Position numbers and translations under genes: made by a program. Positions 9,928 through 21,230 of a DNA stretch of 64,000 nt are shown piece by piece (the first letter of the stretch is position 1; the number at the start of each line of letters is the position of its first letter). Source of the stretch: an uncultured bacterium (GTDB lineage: Bacteria; Krumholzibacteriota; Krumholzibacteriia; LZORAL124-64-63); assembly GCA_963727525.1 (NCBI GenBank), contig CAVSGO010000007.1, forward strand, positions 1-64,000, given 5' to 3'. Under the pieces are notes generated by a model. That model was not told the DNA's origin and searched no databases. It saw only the letters and a list, made by a program, of their open reading frames with translations.

Positions 9928-11118
9928 TTGCAGTGCCGAAGTAGCGCGATTCTGGCGGTCGTTTTTCTTTTTCCAGCCGTAGGCCTCTGCCGAACTTGGC
10001 ATGTCGAGAAAGATGGAAGCGGCGACTATACGGTCCTTCAAGATGCACTCGATATGGCCGTATCCGGTGATACGATAAGTGTCGGGCCTGGTCGCTATGA
10101 TGAGTGGCAAACTCATGGTGCAGGCGGTAGTGAAAGGAAGGTCTATGGATTTGTAGATCGCGGATCAATGACGATTTTCGGTTCGGGCATTGAGACTATC
10201 ATCGGCCCTTCCGCACCCTGGGACCCGGGGCAGGGGTACACGCACGGTTTTGAGACATCGAGCACTTGCGCCGTTCTCAACGTACAACATATTACACTCG
10301 AGCACCTCACGAGAGGTGCTGTAATGAGTTATGGTGATTCGCTCGTTGTTGCATGGTGTGAGTTCCGCGAGATGCAGACTGGGATAGCAGCGGCTTCAAG
10401 GTTTCTTTCGGTTAGCAATGCAGAATTCCATGGAACTTTGGCCGATGGATACGGAATACTCTCCTATTTCCAGGATCGAGTTGTACTCGACTCATGTGTC
10501 AGTACTTCGGACTCGCAAGGGTTGGTTAACCACCTTCAAGTGGAGGGCCCAGCAGAGGTTGATGTGGCAGGTTGTTGTTTTACTGGAGGCAGCGGTGGAA
10601 TCGGGCTTTCTCGAGGACCGCATGCTTACATTTATCAATGCGAGTTTGACGGGCAAACGCATTTCGGTATAGATATCGAACTATTGTCTCCCGCGTGTAC
10701 TTTAAGAAACTGCGTATTTCGCACGCAGCGACGAGCACTTATTGGATCGATCGATCCAGGAAACAAATGGTTTGTTGAGCACGTAGTTTTTGAATCCGTG
10801 AGCCACTCAACGCTGAGTGCTGGCTATCTCGAGGGCGGATACTTCCGTGATTGCGAATTGGCGGCGGGAGAACACGGAGTAGTTTCGAATCTTTCATATC
10901 CAGATAAGGCGTTCAAGATTGAACCGGATAAGCCTACTCATTTCGACATGCGCAACAACTGGTGGGGAACGGCGGAGGCGGACAGTATCGGAAAGTTGAT
11001 TTTTGATTACGGTGACGATGACCGTGTACCCTACATCATTGACTTCGAACCATACTACAATGGCCCGGTAGCCAATAAGAGACGGAGTTTGGGTGAAATC
11101 AAGTCATTTTTTCGGTAG
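9928..11118 (+). CDS. Secreted beta-helix protein (paralog 2), tail SLGEIKSFFR; probable TTG start
   Basis: RTWHVEKDGSGDY...SGDTI, NWWG; GGGAGG upstream of in-frame TTG. Confidence 0.72.
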   Translation: MQCRSSAILAVVFLFPAVGLCRTWHVEKDGSGDYTVLQDALDMAVSGDTISVGPGRYDEWQTHGAGGSERKVYGFVDRGSMTIFGSGIETIIGPSAPWDPGQGYTHGFETSSTCAVLNVQHITLEHLTRGAVMSYGDSLVVAWCEFREMQTGIAAASRFLSVSNAEFHGTLADGYGILSYFQDRVVLDSCVSTSDSQGLVNHLQVEGPAEVDVAGCCFTGGSGGIGLSRGPHAYIYQCEFDGQTHFGIDIELLSPACTLRNCVFRTQRRALIGSIDPGNKWFVEHVVFESVSHSTLSAGYLEGGYFRDCELAAGEHGVVSNLSYPDKAFKIEPDKPTHFDMRNNWWGTAEADSIGKLIFDYGDDDRVPYIIDFEPYYNGPVANKRRSLGEIKSFFR

Positions 11119-11441
11119 GTCTAAAGAAGTGCTCGATATCTTTCTTGATCTTTGGAGTCGACGCATCCTTGAGTCGCGATGATGTCCGGTGAGGCTACTT
11201 GGCTTGCTGGAAGAGTTCACGGAAGAGGTTGATTGGCCAAGGGCCCGGTTTCCGCTTTTATTGCATCTCGCAACATGAACGGGGATTGGGACCGCTGGAG
11301 CCGCGACCCATACGATGGCCCCATCGCTCGCATGCACGTCCAGCGCCTCGGCGTCGACGTAGCCGATACCGTCTCAGGGATCTTCGAGCGCTCCTTCGCC
11401 GGACAGGTGCGCGCCAACGCGAAGGAGCAGGGCTCGCCGAG

Positions 11442-11690
11442 GTCCGCGACGAGCTCCGCCACCGCGGCCTGCGCTGGCTGGTCAGGCACGGCCACCTCGA
11501 CGCCGCTGCGGCCAGTGAGATGCGCACCTGGCAACACGGCGGCGGCTGGTATGAGCCCGCTGGGATTTCTCGAGCGTGTGGTCGACCTGCTCGCCCCATC
11601 CCGCAAACATCGTCACCGGTACTGCGGCGTGCTGGCCCCAGGCGCGAAGCTGCGCCGCGCGGTGACCGCGACGGCCGGTCCCGCGGGCAC
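11442..11690 (+). mobile_element. ISCR copy B: internally deleted transposase fragment without canonical oriIS
   Basis: LRHRGLRWLVRHGHLD...WQHGGGW joined directly to SPL(G)FLERVVDLL...TAGPAG. Confidence 0.8.
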
Positions 11691-11712
11691 CTCGACGACG
11701 TCGGCGTGGAGG

Positions 11713-12003
11713 TGGAACGGACAGCAGCTCGACCAGGCGCTGCCGTGGCTCGAGGCGCAGCTCGCCGCCGTACGTGCCGTGCATCCCGACCGCGAACTGG
11801 TGATCAGCGAGCCCCAGTAGCGCGAGTTCTACCGCGCCCTCCGCGCCTGGGCCGACGCCACCCGCCAGGTCGTCTTCGTCTTCGAGGCCTTCGACGAGAA
11901 CTGGAAGGGCGGCGACGATCCGGCCGAGGTCGAGAAGCACTGGGGGCTTTATCACGCGGACCGCACGCCGAAGGCGGGAGTGGCGCCGGCACCGGAGCAT
12001 TGA
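11713..12003 (+). pseudogene. GH17-like glycoside hydrolase C-terminal fragment with internal stop at 11818-11820
   Basis: Manual translation: ...HPDRELVISEPQ*REFYRALRAW...FVFEAFDENWKGG...EKHWGLY. Confidence 0.6.
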
Positions 12004-12123
12004 TATCCGTATACCCGACCTCTCGAGACGACACCTCTTGAGACTGCGCTTGACGCATTCCTTGCTTCTGCCATATCACTGGTCGAAATACCTTCACCCA
12101 GCGCTGATTGGAACGGGTCGCGC

Positions 12124-13893
12124 ATGCTTGAAAAAACCGGTGCGGCCATTCCCGGCCTGTTCCTGCTCGCCGTGCTCTCGGCGGGCGTCCTGACGGTCCA
12201 CGACGTCGGCGACACCGCGGTCGCGCCCGTCGAGGTGGCGCCGACCTCGGACCGGCCGACGCTCCAGCCGCCCGCGCCGCGGTTGCCGAGGATCACGGAG
12301 CCCAGGGCGGTGCTGGTACTCGATGTCTCCGGCAGCCTGGGGGTGGTTCGCCGGCCGTCGGATCCGGAGCACCTGCAAGCCCTCGCCGCCCTCCGCTTCT
12401 ACGACACCTACCTCGCGATGGCGAAGGAAGTGCTCGGCCAGGACGGCACGGCGCGCATCGCCGTCGTGCTGATGGGGACCGTTGCCCAGACGATCGACTG
12501 GGATGGCCAGGGAACCCTGTTCCTGGCGGTGTCCGCGGACGACCGCGCGCTCTACGAGCAGGTCGTCCTGCATTACCTCGGCACGCCGGGCAGACCGAGC
12601 GACGAGGCCGATCCGGACCCTCGCCGCGCCCAGGACTCGGACTACGCGGCGGCGCTCGACGCGGTGGCGGAACTGGTCACCGATGCGCCCAGCCCCCCGG
12701 CCGTGGTGTTCATGACCGACGGCACGACGGATCCCCATCCGTGCTTCACCCCGCTGATCGCCGACGCGCAGCGTGACGGATTGCGCAGGTGCCGGGGCAA
12801 CACCGCGGCGCCGACCCGGTTGTCGGCGATCACGCGTCCGCCGATCTTCGACCGCCGCGCCGAGGACCCGCCGATCAACAGGTTCGCCATGCCCGACACC
12901 GTCGACATCGAGCGGGCCGTCGTCGCGCGCGTCCGGCGCCTGCTCGCGCGGCGGTTCCCCGTCGGCGAGATGGGCGAGGCCGCCGCCGGGCGGACGGCGC
13001 CCCTGGCCTGGTTCCCCATGTATCTCGAGGCGCGGGCGCGTCCCGGCGATCGGGAGGCCGTGCAGGCGATGCTCGCTCCCGACCCTGACGGCAGCCTGAT
13101 CGCGTGCCCGACCGCCGGCGACATGGTGCGCGAGTTCGTCACCGCGCTGGCCCAGTGGTTCCGCATGACCGCGCTGCCCCTGGCTCCCGGCGAGACGCGA
13201 TTCCAGGTGCCCACCGGCACGCCGATGCTGACGATCCAGGTCGAGAGCGATGTTCCGCTCCCGTCGCTGAAGCTCACCCACGGCGCGCGCGAGGTGGCGC
13301 TGACGGGCCACGGGCGATTCTGGGGTGGTGTCGTGACCGGCGAATGCGACGGCGAGTGGACGTTCGCGGCCGGGCGCCGCGCCCAGCTCCGAGCTTCGAT
13401 CTTCCGGCGCCCGCGCTACGAATGGGTCCTGTCCGTCCCCGAGGTCTGCGCGCAGGTGCCGCAGGGACCGGCTCCCGAGGCGCAGCTATATCTCTGCCGT
13501 TTCAGCGACGGCCAGGCGGTGGCCGCGAGCGAGGTCTTCGGCGAGCTGCCGGCGACCCTGCCCGGTTCCGTGGAGCCGGCCGGTGGCGAACGGCAAGCGG
13601 TGGAGTTCACCCTCGCACGCGATGCGGCCGGCACGAGTCCGCCAACCTACGCGGCCCCGATTTCCGCGGCGCGGCTACCGCTGGGCGATGCGATGGTCAG
13701 CGTGGAGCTGGCCAGCCTGCGCGCGGTCGACATGTCGCTGAGTGAGGATCAACTCACCCGTCCGTTCGTGATCGCGTCGTATACGCGCCTGTTCGTGCGG
13801 GATGCCAGGGGTCGGCGCTCGGGAGAGATTCGCCTCGACAACGTGCCGGAAGCGCCCGACTGGGCCTGGTCGCTCGGCGAGAGGCAGCCGTGA
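12124..13893 (+). CDS. vWA-domain protein, probably exported
   Basis: Hydrophobic N-terminus; VLVLDVSGS (MIDAS DxSxS) and VVFMTDG. Confidence 0.7.
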   Translation: MLEKTGAAIPGLFLLAVLSAGVLTVHDVGDTAVAPVEVAPTSDRPTLQPPAPRLPRITEPRAVLVLDVSGSLGVVRRPSDPEHLQALAALRFYDTYLAMAKEVLGQDGTARIAVVLMGTVAQTIDWDGQGTLFLAVSADDRALYEQVVLHYLGTPGRPSDEADPDPRRAQDSDYAAALDAVAELVTDAPSPPAVVFMTDGTTDPHPCFTPLIADAQRDGLRRCRGNTAAPTRLSAITRPPIFDRRAEDPPINRFAMPDTVDIERAVVARVRRLLARRFPVGEMGEAAAGRTAPLAWFPMYLEARARPGDREAVQAMLAPDPDGSLIACPTAGDMVREFVTALAQWFRMTALPLAPGETRFQVPTGTPMLTIQVESDVPLPSLKLTHGAREVALTGHGRFWGGVVTGECDGEWTFAAGRRAQLRASIFRRPRYEWVLSVPEVCAQVPQGPAPEAQLYLCRFSDGQAVAASEVFGELPATLPGSVEPAGGERQAVEFTLARDAAGTSPPTYAAPISAARLPLGDAMVSVELASLRAVDMSLSEDQLTRPFVIASYTRLFVRDARGRRSGEIRLDNVPEAPDWAWSLGERQP

Positions 13894-14966
13894 TGCGCGA
13901 CGACCACGATCGTCGGCCGACGTCGCGGCCGGTCCTCGCCGAGGCGCGCAGGCGCGAGGCGATCAACCTCCGCTGGCTGGTCGGCCTGCTGGTGGCGCTC
14001 ACCGTGTACTTCGGCGTCCTCAACCTCCTCGTGCTCCTGCGGATGCAACCGCGTCCCTTCCGGCTGGAACTCGAATCCAGCCACTACGCCCTCACGATGC
14101 CCGGCACCCGGCTCCTGCTGGTCTGGGACCCGCTGGACGGCGCGCAGACGCCCGCCGACCAGTCAACGCGGCCGCTGGTGCGCGTCGGCAGCGTCGACAT
14201 GACGCCGGTCGCGCCGGAATCGCTGAGTACGGCTCAGGGTGTGCCGGTGCAGGGTCCGACGGACGTCGCGGTCGTCTTCCAGCCGCGCACCACCGTCGGG
14301 CGTCACGAGGGCAAACTGGTGCTGGCCTTGCCCGGAGTCGCGGCGGCCGACTGGCCGACCTGCCCCATCTCGGTGGAATTCAGCGGGAATCCGTGGCGAG
14401 TGTGGTTCATCCTGCGCACGTGGTTGGTCGTGCTGATCGTTCTGGCGGCGGCCGTCCACGGGCTGTGCCTCATGCTGTTCCCCGCCCCGTCGGGACACCT
14501 GCTGGTGCACCGTTCCCTGTCGTCCGTCACTCCCCACGCCACGAGTGCCGTCCAGAAGAGCGTGACCTTGACGCTGCGGCCCTCGGCTCGTCTCTTCCCC
14601 TGGCAACGCGCGAGCCTCTCGCTCACGACGTTGCTCGAACAGGGCGGCGCCGGCGCCTTGAACTGCCCCGAGGGCACGCTGTGGTTCACCGCCCCGCGCA
14701 CGGCACCCGTGCTCCTGGTCGCGGACGGCTCCGACGGCACCCTCAAGCGCCGTGAACTGTCCCGCGAGAAGCCCGATCCCGCCCGCCTGAACCCCGTCCT
14801 CGCCAGCGAGGACATGACCCCCGATCGCGAGTATCTGTTCTTCGATACGCTCTCTCAGACCTGGGTCTCGTTCCACTGGTCGCCGCACGGCGAGAGTGAG
14901 TGGCCGGTCGCACCGGAAGGCTTCGCCCGGATCGCCCCATGGCCCGGTCACGCTCAGCATACGTAG
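13890..14966 (+). CDS. Hypothetical membrane protein (2 TM), coupled to the vWA gene
   Basis: Overlapping stop/start; two hydrophobic segments. Confidence 0.55.
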   Translation: MMRDDHDRRPTSRPVLAEARRREAINLRWLVGLLVALTVYFGVLNLLVLLRMQPRPFRLELESSHYALTMPGTRLLLVWDPLDGAQTPADQSTRPLVRVGSVDMTPVAPESLSTAQGVPVQGPTDVAVVFQPRTTVGRHEGKLVLALPGVAAADWPTCPISVEFSGNPWRVWFILRTWLVVLIVLAAAVHGLCLMLFPAPSGHLLVHRSLSSVTPHATSAVQKSVTLTLRPSARLFPWQRASLSLTTLLEQGGAGALNCPEGTLWFTAPRTAPVLLVADGSDGTLKRRELSREKPDPARLNPVLASEDMTPDREYLFFDTLSQTWVSFHWSPHGESEWPVAPEGFARIAPWPGHAQHT

Positions 14967-15359
14967 AGCGGCCTTCATAATTGACGGCCAGCATGTGTGG
15001 GACCTATCCTGACCGATCGCGGCGATCGCTGAGAGGAATGCCGCAGGGCAGCAAGTGATCGGGATCGACGGGGGATCATGCCTCGACGTCCGTACTTTCT
15101 CGTCATCCGCCCCCGCCCATCGCGGTCGTGTTGCTCTACGTCCATGCCGTGCCCCGGCCGACACCGCATGGCCGCTGCCGGGACATGGCGCATCACTATC
15201 TCGGCGGGCTCGAGGTGCGCAACGCGATGCGGGGAGTCGGGCCCACCGGCCTGGACAACGTGTTGCGCGAGGCCGATCTCTATCCACCCGGCCACTCGGT
15301 CGGTCTCGGCACCTGGCTGCTGGTGTTCGGCGAATCGGCCGAATCGTGGCGCCTCTTCG

Positions 15360-16064
15360 GCTGGTCGATCTTCTCGCCCCACCGCGCAAGCATCGCCACC
15401 GCTACTGCGGCGTGCTGGCCCCGGGTGCGAAGCTGCGCCGGGCAGTGACCGCGACAGCCGGCCCTGCGGGCACAGTGCGGCTGGCCGTCGACCGCGCGCG
15501 GGCAGCCATGGGGTTGGCCGAGCCGACCGAACCGCGGCCGACGGCTTCGCGCAGCTGGGCGATGCTGCTGGCGCGCATCTACGACGTTCGGTCTCTGCAA
15601 TGCCCCAGATGCGGAGGCCCCACGACGATCATCGCCTTCATCCTGGACCCGGCGGTGATCAGACGGATACTCGAACACCTCGACCTGGAGAGTGAGCCGC
15701 CGCAGGTGTTGCCGGCGCGCTCACCACCGCAGGGCGAGTTGGAGTTCGCACAGACCCCGACCACAGTGACGTGGGACGAGGTGGACCAGACGGCGGGCGT
15801 GCCGGACGCAGATTGAGATCCGCCCCGTGAGGCAAGAGCAGCCGCAGCCGGGGAGCCGGCCGATCGCAGAGGTCTGCGTTCTCGACGCGAAATCGGCGGT
15901 CAGCGGGTCGTCAAACACGATGCGATCCGGCCACGATGGTCATGTCGCAAGGTCTACGGACACTGCGAGCGCGATCTCGTCGCGAAGAGGTAGTAGAATC
16001 GAGATATCGCGTCGAGGGCTCGGCGAGACGAACGTCAAAAAGGGCGGCAGAAATTCCTATCCCC
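15360..16064 (+). mobile_element. ISCR copy C: 5'-truncated transposase (stop 15816) plus oriIS subtype 2 (GGCAGAAATTCCTATCCCC)
   Basis: Apparently identical to the 3' part of copy I. Confidence 0.9.
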
Positions 16065-16141
16065 TACAGAAGGAAACCTACGACGGCCGGGCGATGTGAC
16101 GCCGAACGACGTCGCTAAAACAACCGGCGGCGGAGCCGGGT

Positions 16142-16513
16142 TCATCCGGTGGCTATGACTTCGCCGATATCCAGCTCGTTGCCGTCCGGGTCGGCGACGC
16201 GGAAGTCGCGCAGGCCGTAGTGGCGGTCGCCGACGGGGACCACGATCCGCGCGCCGACGTGGCGAATGTGTTCGTAGTAGGCGTCGATCCCGGTGACATG
16301 GAGGTAGGCCCGCGACGGGCCTGCGGGTTGTGCGTCCGGCCGCTGTGCCAGGGTGATCTCGACGTGGTCGCGGCAGACAGCGGCCAGTGTCGGCGGCGTG
16401 CCCCAGGTCCAGGCGACGTCGAAGCCCAGCGTACCCTGGTAGAAGTCGAGGGCCCGGCCGAGGTTCTGTGTGGCGAAGATCGGCGCGATCGATTCGAGGC
16501 GTGTTTCCGTCAT
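16142..16513 (-). CDS. VOC/glyoxalase (bleomycin-resistance-like) protein
   Basis: IAPIF...ALDFY...LGF; YGLRDFRVADPDGN. Confidence 0.85.
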   Translation of the reverse strand: MTETRLESIAPIFATQNLGRALDFYQGTLGFDVAWTWGTPPTLAAVCRDHVEITLAQRPDAQPAGPSRAYLHVTGIDAYYEHIRHVGARIVVPVGDRHYGLRDFRVADPDGNELDIGEVIATG

Positions 16514-16930
16514 GTGGTTGCTCCATCGCCGGTATCGGCATGTTCGAAGTCGTGGGGCGGGGTGTCGATGTTGGTACCGATCCGCCACGTCACCCCGCTC
16601 GGGTCGGTCAATACGAAATCGCGGATGCGCCACGGCCGGTCGGCCGGCGGCTCTGCGCGTACGCCGTAACGCTCGACCAGGCGCTGCGCCTGCACGTGCC
16701 GCCACCAGGCGTCCACGTCGGCGACCAGCAGGTGCATCCTGAAATGCCCGGTGAGTGCATTGCTGGATACGTTTTCCAGCAGGAAGCTGCACCGGCCGGC
16801 ATGGAGGTAGGCGAGATCGTCCGCGGACCACGGGATCGAGAATCCGAGGTCGGCATAGAAGCGCTTCGACAGTTCGAAGTCCCGTGCGGGGACGAAGGCC
16901 TTGATCTCGACGGTATCGAGGTTTGTCCCA
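16510..16930 (-). CDS. VOC/glyoxalase protein (start codon unclear or damaged)
   Basis: EIKAFVPARDFELSKRFYADLGF; PWRIRDFVLTDPSGVTW. Confidence 0.75.
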
Positions 16931-16955
16931 CTTCCCGGGCGTGTTGCGTGCGTGC

Positions 16956-17330
16956 TCAAAACACCATGACGTGGTCGACGAGGTATCGGCCGTCGCGCTC
17001 GAGCAGTACCATCTCGGCGACGAATTCGCCCGGCTGGCGGGTGAAGTGTTGCTTCCAAACCAGCGCCACCGAGTCCGGCCGGCGGAACAGGGCAACGAAC
17101 TCGCGTTCGGCGAAGAAGCCCTTTTCTCGCTGGTAGTCCCGGCAGATGGCGTGCAGTTGCTCGCGCGGCAGCATGGCCTTGAGGCGGTCGGTGAAGTCGA
17201 GCACGTGGCGCTCGTAATCGATGGCGGTCGAGGCGTCCATCAGGTTGTCCATGATCGGCGTGGCGATCGCCAGGATCTCTGCGTCCGATTTTCCGGTCAG
17301 ACTCGTACCGTGTTCGCTTGCCGCGGGCAT
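16956..17330 (-). CDS. Conserved hypothetical protein
   Basis: Clean ORF abutting the MarR gene in an operon arrangement. Confidence 0.65.
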   Translation of the reverse strand: MPAASEHGTSLTGKSDAEILAIATPIMDNLMDASTAIDYERHVLDFTDRLKAMLPREQLHAICRDYQREKGFFAEREFVALFRRPDSVALVWKQHFTRQPGEFVAEMVLLERDGRYLVDHVMVF

Positions 17331-17800
17331 TATTCGTCCGCTCCGGCTTCTTTGCGGCCGATGTCGATCAGGACGGCCAGGGTTCGGCGGGTGCGCTGCA
17401 TGTCTTCGGCGCCGGCGCGCGATTGCAGGGCCGCGTCGATACGTTGCCGGGCGGCGGCCTGGACGGCGGCGGCATGGCGGCCGCGCTCGGTGAGGGTGAC
17501 GTTGAGCCTGCGGCGGTCGGCCGGGTCGGTCGTGCGCTGCAGGTACCCGCGCATGACCAGGGTGTCGACCAGCTGGCCGGCGGCCTGCTTCGACACGCGC
17601 AAGTCGCGGATCAACGCGCTCAGCGGCACGCCCTCATCGCCCAGGGCCAGCCCGCCGATGACATAGAGCCCGTTCCTGGGGATATCGTCGTAGCCGGCTT
17701 CGGCGAGGGCGCGGCGCATGGCGGCGCCATACGTGACGCGGGCATGCCGCAGTAGGGCAGGCAGGCTGATCTCGGCGGACGGCTTCCGGGTATCGTTCAT
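17330..17800 (-). CDS. MarR-family regulator
   Basis: VSKQAAGQLVDTLVMRGYLQR..DPADRRRLNVTLTERG. Confidence 0.9.
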   Translation of the reverse strand: MNDTRKPSAEISLPALLRHARVTYGAAMRRALAEAGYDDIPRNGLYVIGGLALGDEGVPLSALIRDLRVSKQAAGQLVDTLVMRGYLQRTTDPADRRRLNVTLTERGRHAAAVQAAARQRIDAALQSRAGAEDMQRTRRTLAVLIDIGRKEAGADE

Positions 17801-17938
17801 GCGCACAGCATAAGTCAATATTAGTTGACTGTCTATATATTTTACTATTTGGTCGTAACACCGCGCCGGGGGCGGTCCCATGGGCTTTCGGCAGGCGGGG
17901 GGGGGGCCTACGGATTATCGGCTAGCCGGTCCCGCGCA

Positions 17939-18457
17939 TCAATTCCCATGGTTGACGTCGGGCACTTCGGGCACGACATAGTCGACGATGTGCTGGCCGT
18001 AGCCGGGATTGAGCCCGGGCCCGACGATCGGCTGGGTACCCTTGTAGCCGGGGCGGCTGATGCCCTTGTTCCCGATGGTGAAGATATGGTCCGCCGGCAC
18101 GCCGACGCTCAGAAAGGCGTTCGCGGCTATATCGGAATCGTTGTAGCCGTAGTCGTAGCTGATCTTTGTCTTTTTTGCAGGGCTTTCAGCATGTCCGAGA
18201 ACATTTTCGTGCCGTGCTTGCCCATATAGTCGCCCATTGCCACGCCGGGGTCCGGCGCGTTGATGACGGCGCTGTCCGGATCCGCGCTGAGGAGAAGCAC
18301 GGTGCGGCCGGGCTCTGTCGGAAAGCCGTTGTCGTGGAGCCATTGCAGGGTGGCGTCGCCCATGAGCATGCCCTTGACCGTCATGCCCTTGGGCCGGCCG
18401 CACTTGTAGACGATGTCGTAGCCCAGGCGATAGTAGATGTTCATCAGCAGCGCGCTG
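17939..18457 (-). pseudogene. N-terminally truncated, frameshifted LNS2/HAD-like protein fragment
   Basis: GYDIVYKCGRP...WLHDNGFP in one frame, then YGYNDSDI..AF..VGVP..HIFTIG in another; cut at copy D. Confidence 0.45.
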
Positions 18458-18852
18458 CCCGCCGCCCACCTCGACGACTCGGCCACCGCGCGCGTCCGCG
18501 ACCAGCTCCGCCACCGCGGCCTGCGCTGGCTCGTGAACACGGCCATCTCGACGCCGCCGCCGCCGGCGAGATGCGCACCTGGCAGCACGGCGGCGGCTGG
18601 TCCGTGCACGCGGCTGTGCGGATCGCCGACTGGGATCGCCAAGGCCTCGAGCGCCTGGTCGATCTACTGGTTCTCGACGCGAAATCGGCGGTCAGCGGGT
18701 CGTCAAACGCGATGCGATCCGGCCACGATGGTCATGTCGCAAGGTCTACGGACACTGCGAGCGCGATCTCGTCGCGTAGAGGTAGTAGAATCGAGATATC
18801 GCGTCGAGGGCTCGGCGAGACGTCGAAAAGGGGGTCAGAAATTCCTATCCCC
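18458..18852 (+). mobile_element. ISCR copy D: doubly internally deleted mini-element with oriIS subtype 2
   Basis: HLDD...DWDRQGLERLV joined to DLL, then to the 3' non-coding end GGTCAGAAATTCCTATCCCC. Confidence 0.85.
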
Positions 18853-18951
18853 TTCTGCCCAAAATTTATTGTAATCAAAATTTCTTTTAAAGGCGCTTTT
18901 TGTTGTGTAGTAAACATTTTGTACGTCAACAAAGATACTAACATTTTTCAT
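18853..18951 (-). pseudogene. NYN (LabA/DUF88) domain N-terminal fragment cut by the copy D end
   Basis: MKNVSIFVDVQNVYYTTKSAFKRNFDYNKFW; very low GC. Confidence 0.75.
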
Positions 18952-18953
18952 AA

Positions 18954-20262
<1,309 letters not shown>

Positions 20263-20281
20263 TAAATTAATCAGAGGTTCC

Positions 20282-20947
20282 CTAGATACTCGTCCTTTCC
20301 CAGCGAGCGCCGTCGGTATTTAAAAGATTTAAACCCAACCAAACAAACCATACCATTTGAAAAATTCCAAATATTTCGGTGAAAATTTCATTTGGGTATA
20401 CAGTTGATAGTCCCGCAACGCCCACGAATAAACCAAAATAATTAAGGTATCTTGAATACATTTGGCCTTTTAAAGCGGCAATACTTAACAGTAACACCCA
20501 GGCGCCACCAACTAATTCATTCCCGCCACCAATGCTTTCAACTATCAATGAAACTATATTCCAAGTGTTAAATGCGACACTTGTACCGTCGCTCATCATT
20601 TTCAAAGACTGATTAAGGCCAATAGTTGAGAGCATACCACTTGCGATAACTAAACCTACCCAGATAACACCAAACACCGCGCCGATAGATACTATTACGT
20701 TGTCTGTATGTTTAAGTTCTTCATATAAGGTAACGACCAGGAAGGATAAGAAACACCCAAAAATAACATACATTAGAAAATTGATTGCTGAAAATGGCAG
20801 TTGATTTTCTGCCAAGTAAGTCATTTGCTCACCTGGATTGCCATCATATGGGAATGACCAAATTGCGCCAAAATATATGAACGCAATCAGGTAAATCAGA
20901 GCAATGACAATACTAGTAGCTCCGGCCAACTTGGCATAACTTTTCAC
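20282..20947 (-). CDS. Low-GC integral membrane protein (DUF4386-like), integron-cassette-like
   Basis: Multiple TM helices, GGGNELVGG motif; preceded by an attC-like site. Confidence 0.7.
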   Translation of the reverse strand: MKSYAKLAGATSIVIALIYLIAFIYFGAIWSFPYDGNPGEQMTYLAENQLPFSAINFLMYVIFGCFLSFLVVTLYEELKHTDNVIVSIGAVFGVIWVGLVIASGMLSTIGLNQSLKMMSDGTSVAFNTWNIVSLIVESIGGGNELVGGAWVLLLSIAALKGQMYSRYLNYFGLFVGVAGLSTVYPNEIFTEIFGIFQMVWFVWLGLNLLNTDGARWERTSI

Positions 20948-20986
20948 GTGAGATTTTCCTTTTCTAGCATGGGTTTCACTTGGAGT

Positions 20987-21045
20987 GCTTACACCTGAAT
21001 AAAGCCGAGCCGCGAAGTGGCATCGGCTTGAATGATTTGTCTGGC
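20987..21045 (-). other. Degenerate integron attC site resembling the aadA attC
   Basis: Minus strand GCCAGACAAATCATTCAAGCCGATGCCACTTCGCGGCTCGGCTTTATTCAGGTGTAAGC; imperfect palindrome with eroded AAC/GTT cores. Confidence 0.7.
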
Positions 21046-21083
21046 GCCAGTAAGCTCCTCTGCTCGAAGTTTTTTCTCAAGGG

Positions 21084-21230
21084 CTAGAGATGTAATTTGA
21101 TTGTGGCGGCAATTTGTCGTTGCTCTTCAATCGAAATTACTTTGTAGTCCTTCTGGAGAAATCGACGGTCTGGTCGCTGTCTTTGTATCGATGAACAACG
21201 TGCACGTGAAAATGAGGCTCGTGCTGCCCG
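21084..21230 (-). pseudogene. HIT-family protein C-terminal fragment (frameshifted) cut by the copy E end
   Basis: Manual translation GQHEPHFHVHVVHRYKDSD (HxHxHxx), continuing in another frame to ...IAATIKLHL*. Confidence 0.6.
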
